A DNA stretch of 60,129 nucleotides, filler included, from Globobulimina sp. (taxonomy: Eukaryota): the NCBI GenBank assembly GCA_003354225.1. It is 14 parts of 14 records of this genome, joined end to end, with 100 filler letters (N's around TTAATTAATTAA, not from the genome) between each part and the next. Parts side by side here need not be neighbours in the genome. Positions count along the whole stretch, not along the records: positions 34,437 to 38,637 come from PIVH01001478.1; positions 38,738 to 42,938 come from PIVH01001479.1; positions 43,039 to 47,237 come from PIVH01001480.1; 11 more parts are not named here. One strand, written 5' to 3'. Below, piece by piece: positions 34,479 through 44,960 of the stretch (position 1 is the stretch's first letter; each line of letters begins with the position of its first letter). Made by a program: the position numbers and the translations under genes. The notes under the pieces were generated by a model. That model was not told the DNA's origin. It worked only from the letters and a program-made list of their open reading frames with translations, and did not search any database.

Positions 34479-37400
34479 GTGCGCTATCAATTTAATGAGG
34501 CAAAATATTCTAAACAACTGACGCATCGCACAAAATATTATCGAATGCGGCTGAAATCGCTAACTCAATGCATTGGAGAATCGGATTGTACGCAAGCTAT
34601 CGCCTTTGATGAATTTAAAAATTGGTGCAGCAGATGGCAAAATATCATGCATCGCATACGGTATATTTCTGCTGTGGTTGCAAAGCAAATATCATCCATA
34701 AAACCCTCCATTATTGAATTATTGATTGAAGATGAAAGTGATCGACCAAACTGGTCCTTTGACTCTTTAATATTCTTAAATGATTATCAAAAAACAGCGC
34801 ACATTCAATGCATTAAAGAATTACAAAAACCGACGAATTTCGCACAACAAACAACACAAAATGATTTGAACACTATTCACAGCATAGATTGGACGCAATT
34901 ATTTAAAGAATGCCGAGCCAGAGACCCATTTGGAACTCGTTACTTAGGTTTTGAATTAAAAGAAATATTAAACACTTTCGATTTGGTGATTTATGGCGAA
35001 TCTATGAGTTTATTTGTCATCCACTTATTACGCACCCGGAACCTAAACTCATTATGGACGTTTTTGGGCGTTTTATTAAAAACAATGCCGCACAAAATTG
35101 CATTAAAAGTGCTGTATGACAATAGAAGCAAATTAAGAAGGGCCAAACCTACAGATTTGGATTGGATTTGTCGCCAAGTCATACGAGGCACGCGATTTAT
35201 AGTTCCGGTTTGTTTATTTTTATCCCATTTCATGCGGGAAAATGCCAGAGATGACTTGGCAAGGTTTGATATTTGGGAATCGTACGGCCAACGCTATGAA
35301 AGCTATGCGGCGGAACAACTGGATTCTATCGAAGATGATTTCATGTTGACGGTGTTGATGAATATTCCAATTTATATGAAAAACCTATCATTAATACAAT
35401 TAGCATTGGAACAAGAAAACACAGCCTTTTTAAACATAGAACGCGTCAATAGAATGATAAAACATTTATGGTTCACTGCAAACCCGTTAAATCCGCACAT
35501 TGCAATGCTGTCTCACCAACAAAATCCGAAACGAAAATTACGTGATGCATTCAAAATGTTATGCTCAAAACCAATTTATTTTTATCTGACGCCCTTCGGT
35601 TATCAATGGTGCATATCCTCGTTATTCATAATATATTTTGCATGCATTCTGTCATGGATTGCGGTGAATTCCTCAGCCTCCCATACCATGCATGATTTAG
35701 TGTATATATCAAGTATGAGTTGGTTTGAACGGGTCATATGGTGCATGAATTTCGCATTTATTTTGGCTAAAATCCAACAATTGCACATTATGGGTCGTGT
35801 GTTTTTCACTGTTGATGGTGCAGTAAATATCTACGATATGTTGATCAGTCTGACATGGTCGGCTTTGGCGTGTATTCGATTTGCATTTATTTTTGGGTAT
35901 AAAGATAAAACTGCGTTGCATATACCGCCGGCGTCATCATTTCGGCGAAGATTAGCTCAAAATACAATGAATGCGTCCATGTATTGTCCACCACACTTCT
36001 TTTCCTGCAAAGTCGAGTATAATGAAAGTTGTATTGTGGAGATTTCAGGACAAAATAATAAGAAAATGGACTGGATATGCAATGGTCGGAGGCAACTATT
36101 AATTTTAGACAATGGCAACCAATGCAACCTGCAAAATGTTACAATTCCACATGAAAACTCTGATTATTTTTGGAATTCGAGCTGCATAAATTTCCAAGAG
36201 CACAATACAAAAAACGCGTGTATTCTTACAGAAAATGTGTGTGTTAATACATTTGATAGCCGATTATTGATAATATATAATGTATTATGGGCGTGCCAGG
36301 TGGTAATGTTATCCATTCGTTTGCTTTTATATTTGGAGGCCGCTGGCGGATCTTTTGCTGTCTCGATGCGGATTGTTCAAAGTATGGTGGTTGAAGTGTT
36401 AAAATTCATTGTTATTCTCATTGTGGTATCCACCGGCTTTTTGTTTGCAATTTGGTTCCTTTTTAGCGCCGACGTCCAACAAACAAATGGCTTTACTGAT
36501 TTCTACGATGTACTTATATTTTTTTTCAAGTTATTGTTTGGCGGCGGCAACGTTGGAACCATTGACACTTTTTATCAAAATTATCGCGTCTTTGCACAAA
36601 TCTTTATTATGGTTTTTGCCATTTTGGGCGTTCGAATGTTGATGTCATTGTTAATCGCATTAATGTCAGAAGCGATGAATGCGGTTCGCAAAAAAGCAAA
36701 ATCAGAAACTTCATTCAATTCGGCATTGTATGCATTTAAATTGTCATCGTCCACACGAGTCATACCAATGCCTTTAAACAGCGTTGTTTTTATTATTTCA
36801 GTTTTAATAAATATTTTAAATTTTATTCCCGCGATGATAGCACCAAAATATTTAAATATTTATGCATATTTAAACCAAATGAGATTATATGCATTTGATT
36901 GTTTGCGTAAACATGAAAATATCAATTATATGAATTCAAGAAAACGTGTAATGTCTTATTATTTTGGCAGTAAAATAAGCAAATATACAAAACATGATTG
37001 GAGAATATATCACATTGGTTGTTATAATGCAATTATTGGCATTTATGGAACAGAAAAAACAGAAACAATTACAATGAACGAATATTATTCTATTTTAGAA
37101 AGAAAAAGGAGATTAAATGTGCGCGATAAGCTATTTTTAAAACATCTAACATTAAATACATTATTTTGTAAATCATGTTTCCGTCCAATTAAATTGGATA
37201 AAATAAGAAATAATTTGTTAACTCCATTTCAAACGTTACATAATATTGTTTCATGTTATACATTTTATATTTTATGGCCATTTTTGATGGCATTATTTTG
37301 GATTTTATGTAAGTTTGAAAGATTTATTGAATATTATCGGGATGAATTATCCTCTCATTCTCCGAACGTATTATTATGTCAGACCAGAGAGTATGACTGG

Positions 37401-37589
37401 GAATATTTTAGTCGCTCTGCATTAAAGCCAATGAGTGTTAGAAAGAAAACAAAGGCGGATTTATCACGCTTAGGAGGTGGTGGAGGTGGTGGTGGTGGTC
37501 CAGCGGGCAAAGGGATGGCAGGCAAAACAGAAAAGGGGGAAGAAATTGGGGATGAAAGTTATAAAGGTGAGGATGCCGCAGGTGACTAA
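34479..37589 (+). CDS. TRP-family cation channel (TRPM-like), 5' partial
   Basis: Six TM helices; S4-S5 IRLLLYL..SMRIVQSMVVEVLKF; S6 LMSLLIALMSEAM; post-TRP IPMPLN. Confidence 0.8.
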   Translation: MRYQFNEAKYSKQLTHRTKYYRMRLKSLTQCIGESDCTQAIAFDEFKNWCSRWQNIMHRIRYISAVVAKQISSIKPSIIELLIEDESDRPNWSFDSLIFLNDYQKTAHIQCIKELQKPTNFAQQTTQNDLNTIHSIDWTQLFKECRARDPFGTRYLGFELKEILNTFDLVIYGESMSLFVIHLLRTRNLNSLWTFLGVLLKTMPHKIALKVLYDNRSKLRRAKPTDLDWICRQVIRGTRFIVPVCLFLSHFMRENARDDLARFDIWESYGQRYESYAAEQLDSIEDDFMLTVLMNIPIYMKNLSLIQLALEQENTAFLNIERVNRMIKHLWFTANPLNPHIAMLSHQQNPKRKLRDAFKMLCSKPIYFYLTPFGYQWCISSLFIIYFACILSWIAVNSSASHTMHDLVYISSMSWFERVIWCMNFAFILAKIQQLHIMGRVFFTVDGAVNIYDMLISLTWSALACIRFAFIFGYKDKTALHIPPASSFRRRLAQNTMNASMYCPPHFFSCKVEYNESCIVEISGQNNKKMDWICNGRRQLLILDNGNQCNLQNVTIPHENSDYFWNSSCINFQEHNTKNACILTENVCVNTFDSRLLIIYNVLWACQVVMLSIRLLLYLEAAGGSFAVSMRIVQSMVVEVLKFIVILIVVSTGFLFAIWFLFSADVQQTNGFTDFYDVLIFFFKLLFGGGNVGTIDTFYQNYRVFAQIFIMVFAILGVRMLMSLLIALMSEAMNAVRKKAKSETSFNSALYAFKLSSSTRVIPMPLNSVVFIISVLINILNFIPAMIAPKYLNIYAYLNQMRLYAFDCLRKHENINYMNSRKRVMSYYFGSKISKYTKHDWRIYHIGCYNAIIGIYGTEKTETITMNEYYSILERKRRLNVRDKLFLKHLTLNTLFCKSCFRPIKLDKIRNNLLTPFQTLHNIVSCYTFYILWPFLMALFWILCKFERFIEYYRDELSSHSPNVLLCQTREYDWEYFSRSALKPMSVRKKTKADLSRLGGGGGGGGGPAGKGMAGKTEKGEEIGDESYKGEDAAGD

Positions 37590-38738
37590 CTGTGCTATCA
37601 TTTTACAATCATCTTAATTGTGATGCAACAGTCATATTATATATTAATATGTAAATCTATTATTATTTTTATGTTGGCTTAAAATTGGACCCTATAGGTC
37701 CTAGGTCCTGCATTCTTACAAGTTCTTACGGATGAAAAAACGTACTGCTATACAATCCTTTAAGAAAAAAAGTTTGAACTTCTTACAAGTTCTTACGAAA
37801 TTCATGTGTATATATCGTCAATTTAAGTTAAAACAGATACCAAACATCATGGCTTCCTTAACTTGAATGAAATGGAAAATAATTATGTATTTATTAGGTT
37901 TTAAATTTGAAGTGGTAGTATTAAATCTGTGTTGCAGAACAATCTGCTCAGGTACTGTTTCTACGATTTTAGCATATTTATTTTGGTTTGTTGGGTTTTC
38001 TGTGTCTACGATACATATCGATTTACTTTTAAATTGTATGGTGATTGGATTAATGTTTGGTTACAAATAACAGATATTATACAAAATTATGTCGTTGTTG
38101 TGTTTTGGTTTGTTTCCGAAGCCAACGGACTGACGAAGAGCAACAACGGATTCGGTGGTATCTAGATCATGACGGAGAAATAGAAAGTGCGAAATCAAGG
38201 AAACTGGAATTAAAAAATGTAACATCTGCCAGTAGTATTGGTTCCAGCTCAAATAATAATGGAAACAGTCCAACACCTTCGCCACGTGTAACCGTAAAAT
38301 AATAATGAATAACGTTTTCCTTTTTTTTTCTGTTTTTTTTTACATACTGCATGTAATATGTTTTCAGAGAACAGGAAAAATCAAGATTTTGTGGTAAATA
38401 ATACATGTTTGAGTAGTTTGAAAGGAATGACTTTTTGAGGTTTGATAGTGTAGTGCATGGGACAAAATTCAGGCAGGACGTAATTCCGACTCCAGACTCA
38501 CAGATTGCTTGAACATCCCTGTGAGGTTTGATAGAAATTGGACTTTTTAAGGTTTTGAAGCTTTTTGAGAAATCAAGAATTAATTTAAATTTTTTTTAAA
38601 AAAAATTGATCATGGCAGCGGATTATTTGAATAGACANNNNNNNNNNNNNNNNNNNNNNNNNNNNNNNNNNNNNNNNNNNNTTAATTAATTAANNNNNNN
38701 NNNNNNNNNNNNNNNNNNNNNNNNNNNNNNNNNNNNNC

Positions 38739-39238
38739 AGAATAATAATATGTTTGGTGTAGGTGGTGATGATCAGGGCGTGGATAGTGACATTGGTGAT
38801 ATTTATGGATATTCTGAGGATGAGAAAAAAGAGGAGAATGAGGATGGAAAGGATGGGAATGTGCCGGTTGCAGACACTGCAGCGGCCAAAGCAGCGATGT
38901 GTAGATATAATGAAACAAAAAATAAAGAAATGAATGATAAGGTGGATATTGGCATTAATATTGATGATATTTATGGGTATTCAGATGATGAAACAATTGC
39001 AAATGAAAAGGTTGTAAATAATGGGAATGTGAATGTTGAGAAAGTAAAAGCATTGAATAAGGAGGAGATGGGTATGCATAATGATGATGATGAGGAAATT
39101 ATGTATTTTAATGATGATGGAACGGATAATGTCTGTGATGAGGAAAGTGATATGGATGATATTTATGGATTTTCTGATGATGAAAATGAAAATAATAAAT
39201 CGCAAACTGATAACATTGATAATAAAAAAGCTCCCTAA
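38739..39238 (+). CDS. Acidic low-complexity C-terminus with DIYG(Y/F)S(D/E)DE repeats, 5' partial
   Basis: Three copies of DIYGxSxDE in an Asp/Glu/Asn-rich ORF. Confidence 0.55.
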
Positions 39239-39626
39239 AGAACAGCTTAGTTATATTTAGTATTTTCAAGTGTTTTTGTTCATATTTTATTAATCCTTAC
39301 CTGTTGTACCATAAATCACTAGAGAACCAATCAACGCGTACGTGTGAGGCGAAAAAAAAACTGTCAACACGTACGTGTGAAGCGAGAGTAAAAATGTGCA
39401 GAATTGGATATATCAAAACGAACGGAAATTGCCAACACTTCTCCAATCCAAATCAGCTCTTATACACAACAATAAATGCGAAGAAGAAAAACAACCGGCA
39501 CCCAATCCGTCAGTATTTTGTTGATCTAAAGAGGATTGGAAAAAAAGCCAATCCACAAACAGATTTATAATGTATGTACAACAGAAACACTTATTAGGAT
39601 ATACAGCAATACACGCTTGAATTTAA

Positions 39627-40979
39627 TCACTTTTCAACAAATATTAATGTGTTCCGATGCCAAGCACGTATCCTAATGATTTTAGCATAGTTTGCAACAA
39701 CTTCTACACGGCGTGGTGTCGCCTGATTAAGACAACTAAATTGATGCCCCATCATATATAACTTATTTTCTTTCGTCAATACCAATGTGTGTGAATATCC
39801 ACATGTGGCTTGTTCGATTCTTACATTTCCCAACTCAGCCAATGAAGATTGAAACAAATATGGTTTCAACACAAACAATTTCCGGGATTTCCCAACTAAA
39901 AAAACGGGTAACAGTTCATCACATTCACCATTTCCAATCTGTCCGGCTGCATTCAAACCAAACAACAAACCATTTCCATTCACATCAATGACAACAGAAT
40001 GCTGTGCGCCACATTCCACCGCCATAATATTGTACCCAGTTAATGGTGCACACAGAGTCGGCGTTGTAATCATTTATTATTATTACCAACACAGCATTAT
40101 CCATATCCATTGTGCCCCCAACCAAACACCCTTCCCCTATCCGACACACATAATGTAAATGCTGCACCGACGGAAATATCAATAATTTTAAATCGACACA
40201 ATGCTTCACTGAGTGTGGGTACTTTGATGCATTTACTTTCATCATATTTATAAACTCCCTTTGAATTATGTTTCTTATCCACACCAGCTCGTCCATCCAA
40301 ATTACAGCCACAGCTGTAAACTCTGCCATTGTCGAGCAGAAAATGTGTAAACTGACCGGTCACTATTTTTACACATTTAGCAGTGCCGAATATGTCCAAT
40401 ATACTCTGCGGCCATCTATGAACTTTGGGATTTGGGTCTGGCGAATCTGGATTCCGTGTCAGACCGTTACCGCACGAACCCATTTGAGCCGAAACAATAC
40501 ATTCTATTCTTTCTGGTCAATACCAAAGTATGTCGCGCATTATTCCCATCTGAAATTAATTCAATTTCTTCATCGTCAGGAATGCCCTCTAATGCATTGA
40601 AGCCAGTTCTTGGCGGCGCTCCTCGATATAAATTGTTTTCGCCAAAAACGTGTCCACAGACTAAAAATTTATTATTTCTTGTTTTTACGGCGATTCTCTC
40701 ATTTCCCAGAGCTATATCATTTGGATTATCGATTTGATGCAGTATATCCACAATATTGCCATATCCGAATGAATGTGCTGTGTATATACCGCTGTGTTTG
40801 CGACTGTATGATACTATTATAAAAATGACGTCCGTTGCTATCATTTCTATGTTTTGCGATTTAGCAAACGCTCGAACATAACCATTTACAATTGTCAATA
40901 AATCGCTATGTGCTGCATGCTCAGCTGACCATTTAATACTTATTTTGACTGATGTTGTTGCCTCCATCAAATTAAACAT
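39627..40979 (-). pseudogene. RCC1-repeat pseudogene
   Basis: RCC1 repeats are spread over three ORFs: a frameshift near 40483, TAA where Gln is expected (GYG*C) at 40097, and a second frameshift near 40073. No GT-AG intron was seen that repairs them. Confidence 0.75.
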
Positions 40980-41123
40980 AATGTTTTGGGTTTCACTTCA
41001 AACAAAAAGTAAAAGAAAAACCTCCTGAACAGCTCTATGCACAATAAAATTACTAAAAATATACGCGGAATATGATGAACAGGTCAGGTGTATTAAACAT
41101 CTGTATTTGGTTTACTCTGCGAA

Positions 41124-41882
41124 TTAAATATGTTTAATTGCTCTCAATCTCTCGTTTTCTGCTTTCAATAAATGCATTTCCAATTCCATTTCTTTTTTAT
41201 CATCCAATAATAACTTATTCTCTCTCCTCAATCTAATTATTTCTTGTTGCATTGCATTGTTTTTATCATCCAATTGTTTCTGTAACTTTTCAATCTGATT
41301 TTGCTGAAACGTTTTGTGTTTTTCATAGTCAGATTTTATATCTCGTTTCTCATCATTTAAGTCAGATTGTTGCTGCCTCTCTGTATCCTTTGTTTCAATT
41401 ACATTTAAATCATTAATAATGACGCTCTCTCCTTTAACACCTGTCCACATACTGACTACTAAATAATATGTACCACTCACAACATTGCTATATGCAACGC
41501 CTTGATCAAAACCATTTACTTTATACCCTATTTGTTGTTGGTTAAAATCCACAGTCATTTCTATGATATCGCCCGTGTTCCATTTAATTCCATATTTCCC
41601 GCCACGACCAAAGTTATATTTCTTACCGGTATAAGCACCATATCCATAATCTATATTGGTTCTGTTATGCTTCACATCTACGGCTGATATAATACCAATT
41701 ATCATCAACGCACTGCGTTTCTTACAGGTTAACCTCCATTTATACACATCTTTAGTGCTGGACACAATTCCTATACTTCCATATGCATTGTACCAGCTAT
41801 GTTTGCCTTTGCCATTCGTCGCAGCAGTTTTCCCATTGTTTGATATCGTAATACCTTTATGGGCAATGCTAAATGTATCCAT
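41124..41882 (-). CDS. SPRY/B30.2-domain protein with C-terminal coiled coil
   Basis: YKWRL..IIGI..YGY..G.K..YG..W.TGDIIEMTVDF..IGYKVNG.DQGVAY. Confidence 0.82.
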   Translation of the reverse strand: MDTFSIAHKGITISNNGKTAATNGKGKHSWYNAYGSIGIVSSTKDVYKWRLTCKKRSALMIIGIISAVDVKHNRTNIDYGYGAYTGKKYNFGRGGKYGIKWNTGDIIEMTVDFNQQQIGYKVNGFDQGVAYSNVVSGTYYLVVSMWTGVKGESVIINDLNVIETKDTERQQQSDLNDEKRDIKSDYEKHKTFQQNQIEKLQKQLDDKNNAMQQEIIRLRRENKLLLDDKKEMELEMHLLKAENERLRAIKHI

Positions 41883-41914
41883 GCTCTTGATTTAGAAATA
41901 TTTAGTTTTTGATG

Positions 41915-42937
41915 TCAAGCACTGACTGTACCCGAAGCATACACAATTTGCGTACAAGAATCATACAAATAATAATCAAAAGGTCTATCAAATACTATGG
42001 TTTTGTGTGGCTGTTCCTCATCCTCCTCATGTGCACTCTCATCATTTTTTACTTTCCTTTTCCATTTAAATTTCTGTTTAAAATTATACCAATTTATTTT
42101 CAATGCAATGTCTCGCAATCCATATTTCCATCGCATTGCAGCCCAAACTCGTTTCTCTGTATCGAAGTGTCCAATGGATAACAATTCAAATTGGGCACGA
42201 TTTGCATCAATATTTAAATAACTGTTACAATCAATTGATTTTAGACATAAATTGCTATAATACAATGGCAACCAAATTGTATTCAATCCAACCGATACAA
42301 TGTGATGATCTTTCAATTCCGACCGATATTCATTCTCTATCCTCGGTATATACAATTGCAACAACTCATCGTTTCCCGACGCATCCGGCTCGAAAATCGT
42401 ATGTAAATCATGCGGATGAATGGCCCATTTAATATATTTCTGGTTTTTGCTATATTTCTTATCAGCTTTATCATGAAAAATAAAGTCGTAGTCCAATATC
42501 GGTAATGATAGTATCAACGACAAATTATCATTGTTTTTAAATGGAATAACTACAATTTCATGTTCTTGATATTCCATATATTTATAACTATGGAGATCAC
42601 TCTGTAAATATTCTGAAAACGTATTTTCATTTTCATCCTTTTTAAAATATGCAATCTCTGTAAATGGCACTTGCGAATCATGGACAATGTTAAATTTATA
42701 TTTCAATTCATCATCAAATCGCAATGTCGAAGCCAATGTAATTGTGGGTGTTTCCATATTTTCCTCCGTATTTGTCGGAGTTTGCGGAGTTTGTTGATGT
42801 GTTTCAGTGTCATCCAATGTGAATGAATGAGATAATAAATTGGCAAACCATTTTTGTACCATTTCATGTGTGGTTAATGGCAGTGTTTCCGTTTCAAAAT
42901 TGAAAGAATGCAGCCATGATTTTGATAAAAATTTATT
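41915..42937 (-). CDS. Divergent serpin-like protein, 5' partial
   Basis: VVIPFKNNDNLSLILSLP, LYIPRIE, and the C-terminal serpin signature IVFDRPFDYYLYDSCTQIVYASGTV. Confidence 0.7.
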   Translation of the reverse strand, partial: NKFLSKSWLHSFNFETETLPLTTHEMVQKWFANLLSHSFTLDDTETHQQTPQTPTNTEENMETPTITLASTLRFDDELKYKFNIVHDSQVPFTEIAYFKKDENENTFSEYLQSDLHSYKYMEYQEHEIVVIPFKNNDNLSLILSLPILDYDFIFHDKADKKYSKNQKYIKWAIHPHDLHTIFEPDASGNDELLQLYIPRIENEYRSELKDHHIVSVGLNTIWLPLYYSNLCLKSIDCNSYLNIDANRAQFELLSIGHFDTEKRVWAAMRWKYGLRDIALKINWYNFKQKFKWKRKVKNDESAHEEDEEQPHKTIVFDRPFDYYLYDSCTQIVYASGTVSA

Positions 42938-43039
42938 GNNNNNNNNNNNNNNNNNNNNNNNNNNNNNNNNNNNNNNNNNNNNTTAATTAATTAANNNNNN
43001 NNNNNNNNNNNNNNNNNNNNNNNNNNNNNNNNNNNNNNC

Positions 43040-43240
43040 TCAAATTGGGAGCTTCTCAAAAAACATACAAATGATACAACAATTAATGCAGCCAAACAAT
43101 CGCATACATGGAGCATTCCAAATTGTCATAAATCATATACAATGTTCAGAATATATATCACAGGAAAGATTTCATCTGGTTATTATTATATAATGTGTCA
43201 TGGATTTGAGATTTATGGGCTTTTAACAACTCAAAACTAA
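43040..43240 (+). CDS. C-terminal fragment of a discoidin/galactose-binding-like domain protein
   Basis: SNWELLKKHTNDTTI...TW..YTMFRIYITG...GFEIYG. Confidence 0.6.
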   Translation, partial: SNWELLKKHTNDTTINAAKQSHTWSIPNCHKSYTMFRIYITGKISSGYYYIMCHGFEIYGLLTTQN

Positions 43241-43419
43241 ACATATGCAGAAATCTTTAAAACACTGACACACAGAACCTGTTCAATTTTTTTCCTTAAG
43301 GCAATTTTTTTCTCCAGCGTTTTGATTCCATAAATATAATCTACAGATGCATACAATGCATAATATAATAACTACAACCGCTGAACTGGTGAACAAGGTG
43401 TCATGATGAACACTCAAAG

Positions 43420-44850
43420 ATGTTTTCTGCTTGGAATGGTTTGTTGCTCATCAGTCTGCTGTCTGTGTCTTTTATTGCAATATATTCGCTTTTCCTGAAT
43501 GGTTTCTCACGACCAACAATCATAGAATTGCAAATAGAAAATGAAAACATATCCCCAATCAATAATGAATATATTGGATATCCTAAGTGTTTGACCACAC
43601 ACCTCGACAGACTCAACAATGATGAATATGAGTATCGTAACTACAAAGAATCATTTTTCACATTAGCTGCCCACAAAAACATCTCAATGAAATTTTTTAT
43701 TTATACACCATTACATAAAAACATTAGTCAATGTGTAGCAATATATTACGAAGAGAGATTTCAATTTTTATCCCGTCATCCAAACAGAGTGTACGATATA
43801 TCCAAAGCAGATGTCATTGTTATCAATATCAGCACCAATGCATTATGGGCCTATCCGTGTAGAGCACCAAATTATCGCTGGAGGTGGATTCAGCTGCAAA
43901 ATGGACATATTTGGTTTGCTAAAAATAATTCAAAAAACTATTGTCTTTCAGATAATTATCGGAAACACAGACATCATATTTATGAATGGTTCAAACCATT
44001 TTATGACCAATGGATAAAACAGCACCCCGAGACACCAATATTTATGATTATCAAGCCACGAATTGAACATTTCCAAACAGCAAAAATGACCCATTTAATT
44101 CGTGGAGGCATCAGCTTCAACAGACATCAATTCAGAGACAGTTTGGATATCGCTTTGCCGCCGCCATTACAGAATGATTTGGGATTTGGAGAGCATATAT
44201 TTGCTGAATCTGGCTATTCTGAGCTAAGCGATAATTGCAAGCGGAAATATTTTGCCACATTTCAAGGATCATTCAAATCATATCAAGTTCAACGGCATCA
44301 ACGTAGATCATTTTGGAGGCAATTGTTAAAATATTGGCATAATGAGAAAGATGGATTGATTATAACTGAGGGGTCGCGTGCAAGTACGCATGTTTCTCGA
44401 TATAATTATTCTGATTTAATGTTAAATTCGTATTTCAATTTTGCTCCTCGTGGTACATGTTTGTTCACATATCGTTTCAGAGAAATTTTATTTTATGGCC
44501 GAGGAATTCCTATATTGATGGCAGATGGATATATTTTGCCATTTCATAATGTGATTGATTGGGATTACTACATTGGACAACATGCCCTGGTCGTAATTGA
44601 TGAGGAGATGTTTGGAAATTATACAAGAAATATGTTTGTCAAACATGACGGCGGAAATATATCACAAAAACAGTTGTTTCAGCAACTGTTTCTGAAAGGA
44701 TCTGACTCGTGGGATTTCTGCAGAATTCAGCAATATTTGAAGGAATTACGACAATACGTCAATGGAATTGCTTCGGAGACACAAACATTGCTTTTGTCCA
44801 TTCAACAAAGAGTCAATTCATTCAAACAACTGAAAAACGGAATTAATTAG
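43420..44850 (+). CDS. Exostosin-family (GT47) glycosyltransferase
   Basis: N-terminal TM anchor; KFFIY, ADVIV, RKYFATFQG, YSDLMLNSYFNFAPRG, RFREIL..IPILMADGYILPFHNVIDW. Confidence 0.88.
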   Translation: MFSAWNGLLLISLLSVSFIAIYSLFLNGFSRPTIIELQIENENISPINNEYIGYPKCLTTHLDRLNNDEYEYRNYKESFFTLAAHKNISMKFFIYTPLHKNISQCVAIYYEERFQFLSRHPNRVYDISKADVIVINISTNALWAYPCRAPNYRWRWIQLQNGHIWFAKNNSKNYCLSDNYRKHRHHIYEWFKPFYDQWIKQHPETPIFMIIKPRIEHFQTAKMTHLIRGGISFNRHQFRDSLDIALPPPLQNDLGFGEHIFAESGYSELSDNCKRKYFATFQGSFKSYQVQRHQRRSFWRQLLKYWHNEKDGLIITEGSRASTHVSRYNYSDLMLNSYFNFAPRGTCLFTYRFREILFYGRGIPILMADGYILPFHNVIDWDYYIGQHALVVIDEEMFGNYTRNMFVKHDGGNISQKQLFQQLFLKGSDSWDFCRIQQYLKELRQYVNGIASETQTLLLSIQQRVNSFKQLKNGIN

Positions 44851-44960
44851 GTTTTAGAAGGCAATTTTGTCTGTCCATTCGACAAAGAACTCAATAAAAA
44901 AAAACTCGCAAACCATTTTGAAAAGTTTTTGAAAAAATCAGTACTTATCGGCAAGCCCTA

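Noticed and set aside
40097-40099. TAA at an expected Gln as evidence for a ciliate-type genetic code
   Set aside because: The same gene also has two frameshifts, and TAA terminates many clear genes in the window. Pseudogenisation is the simpler explanation.
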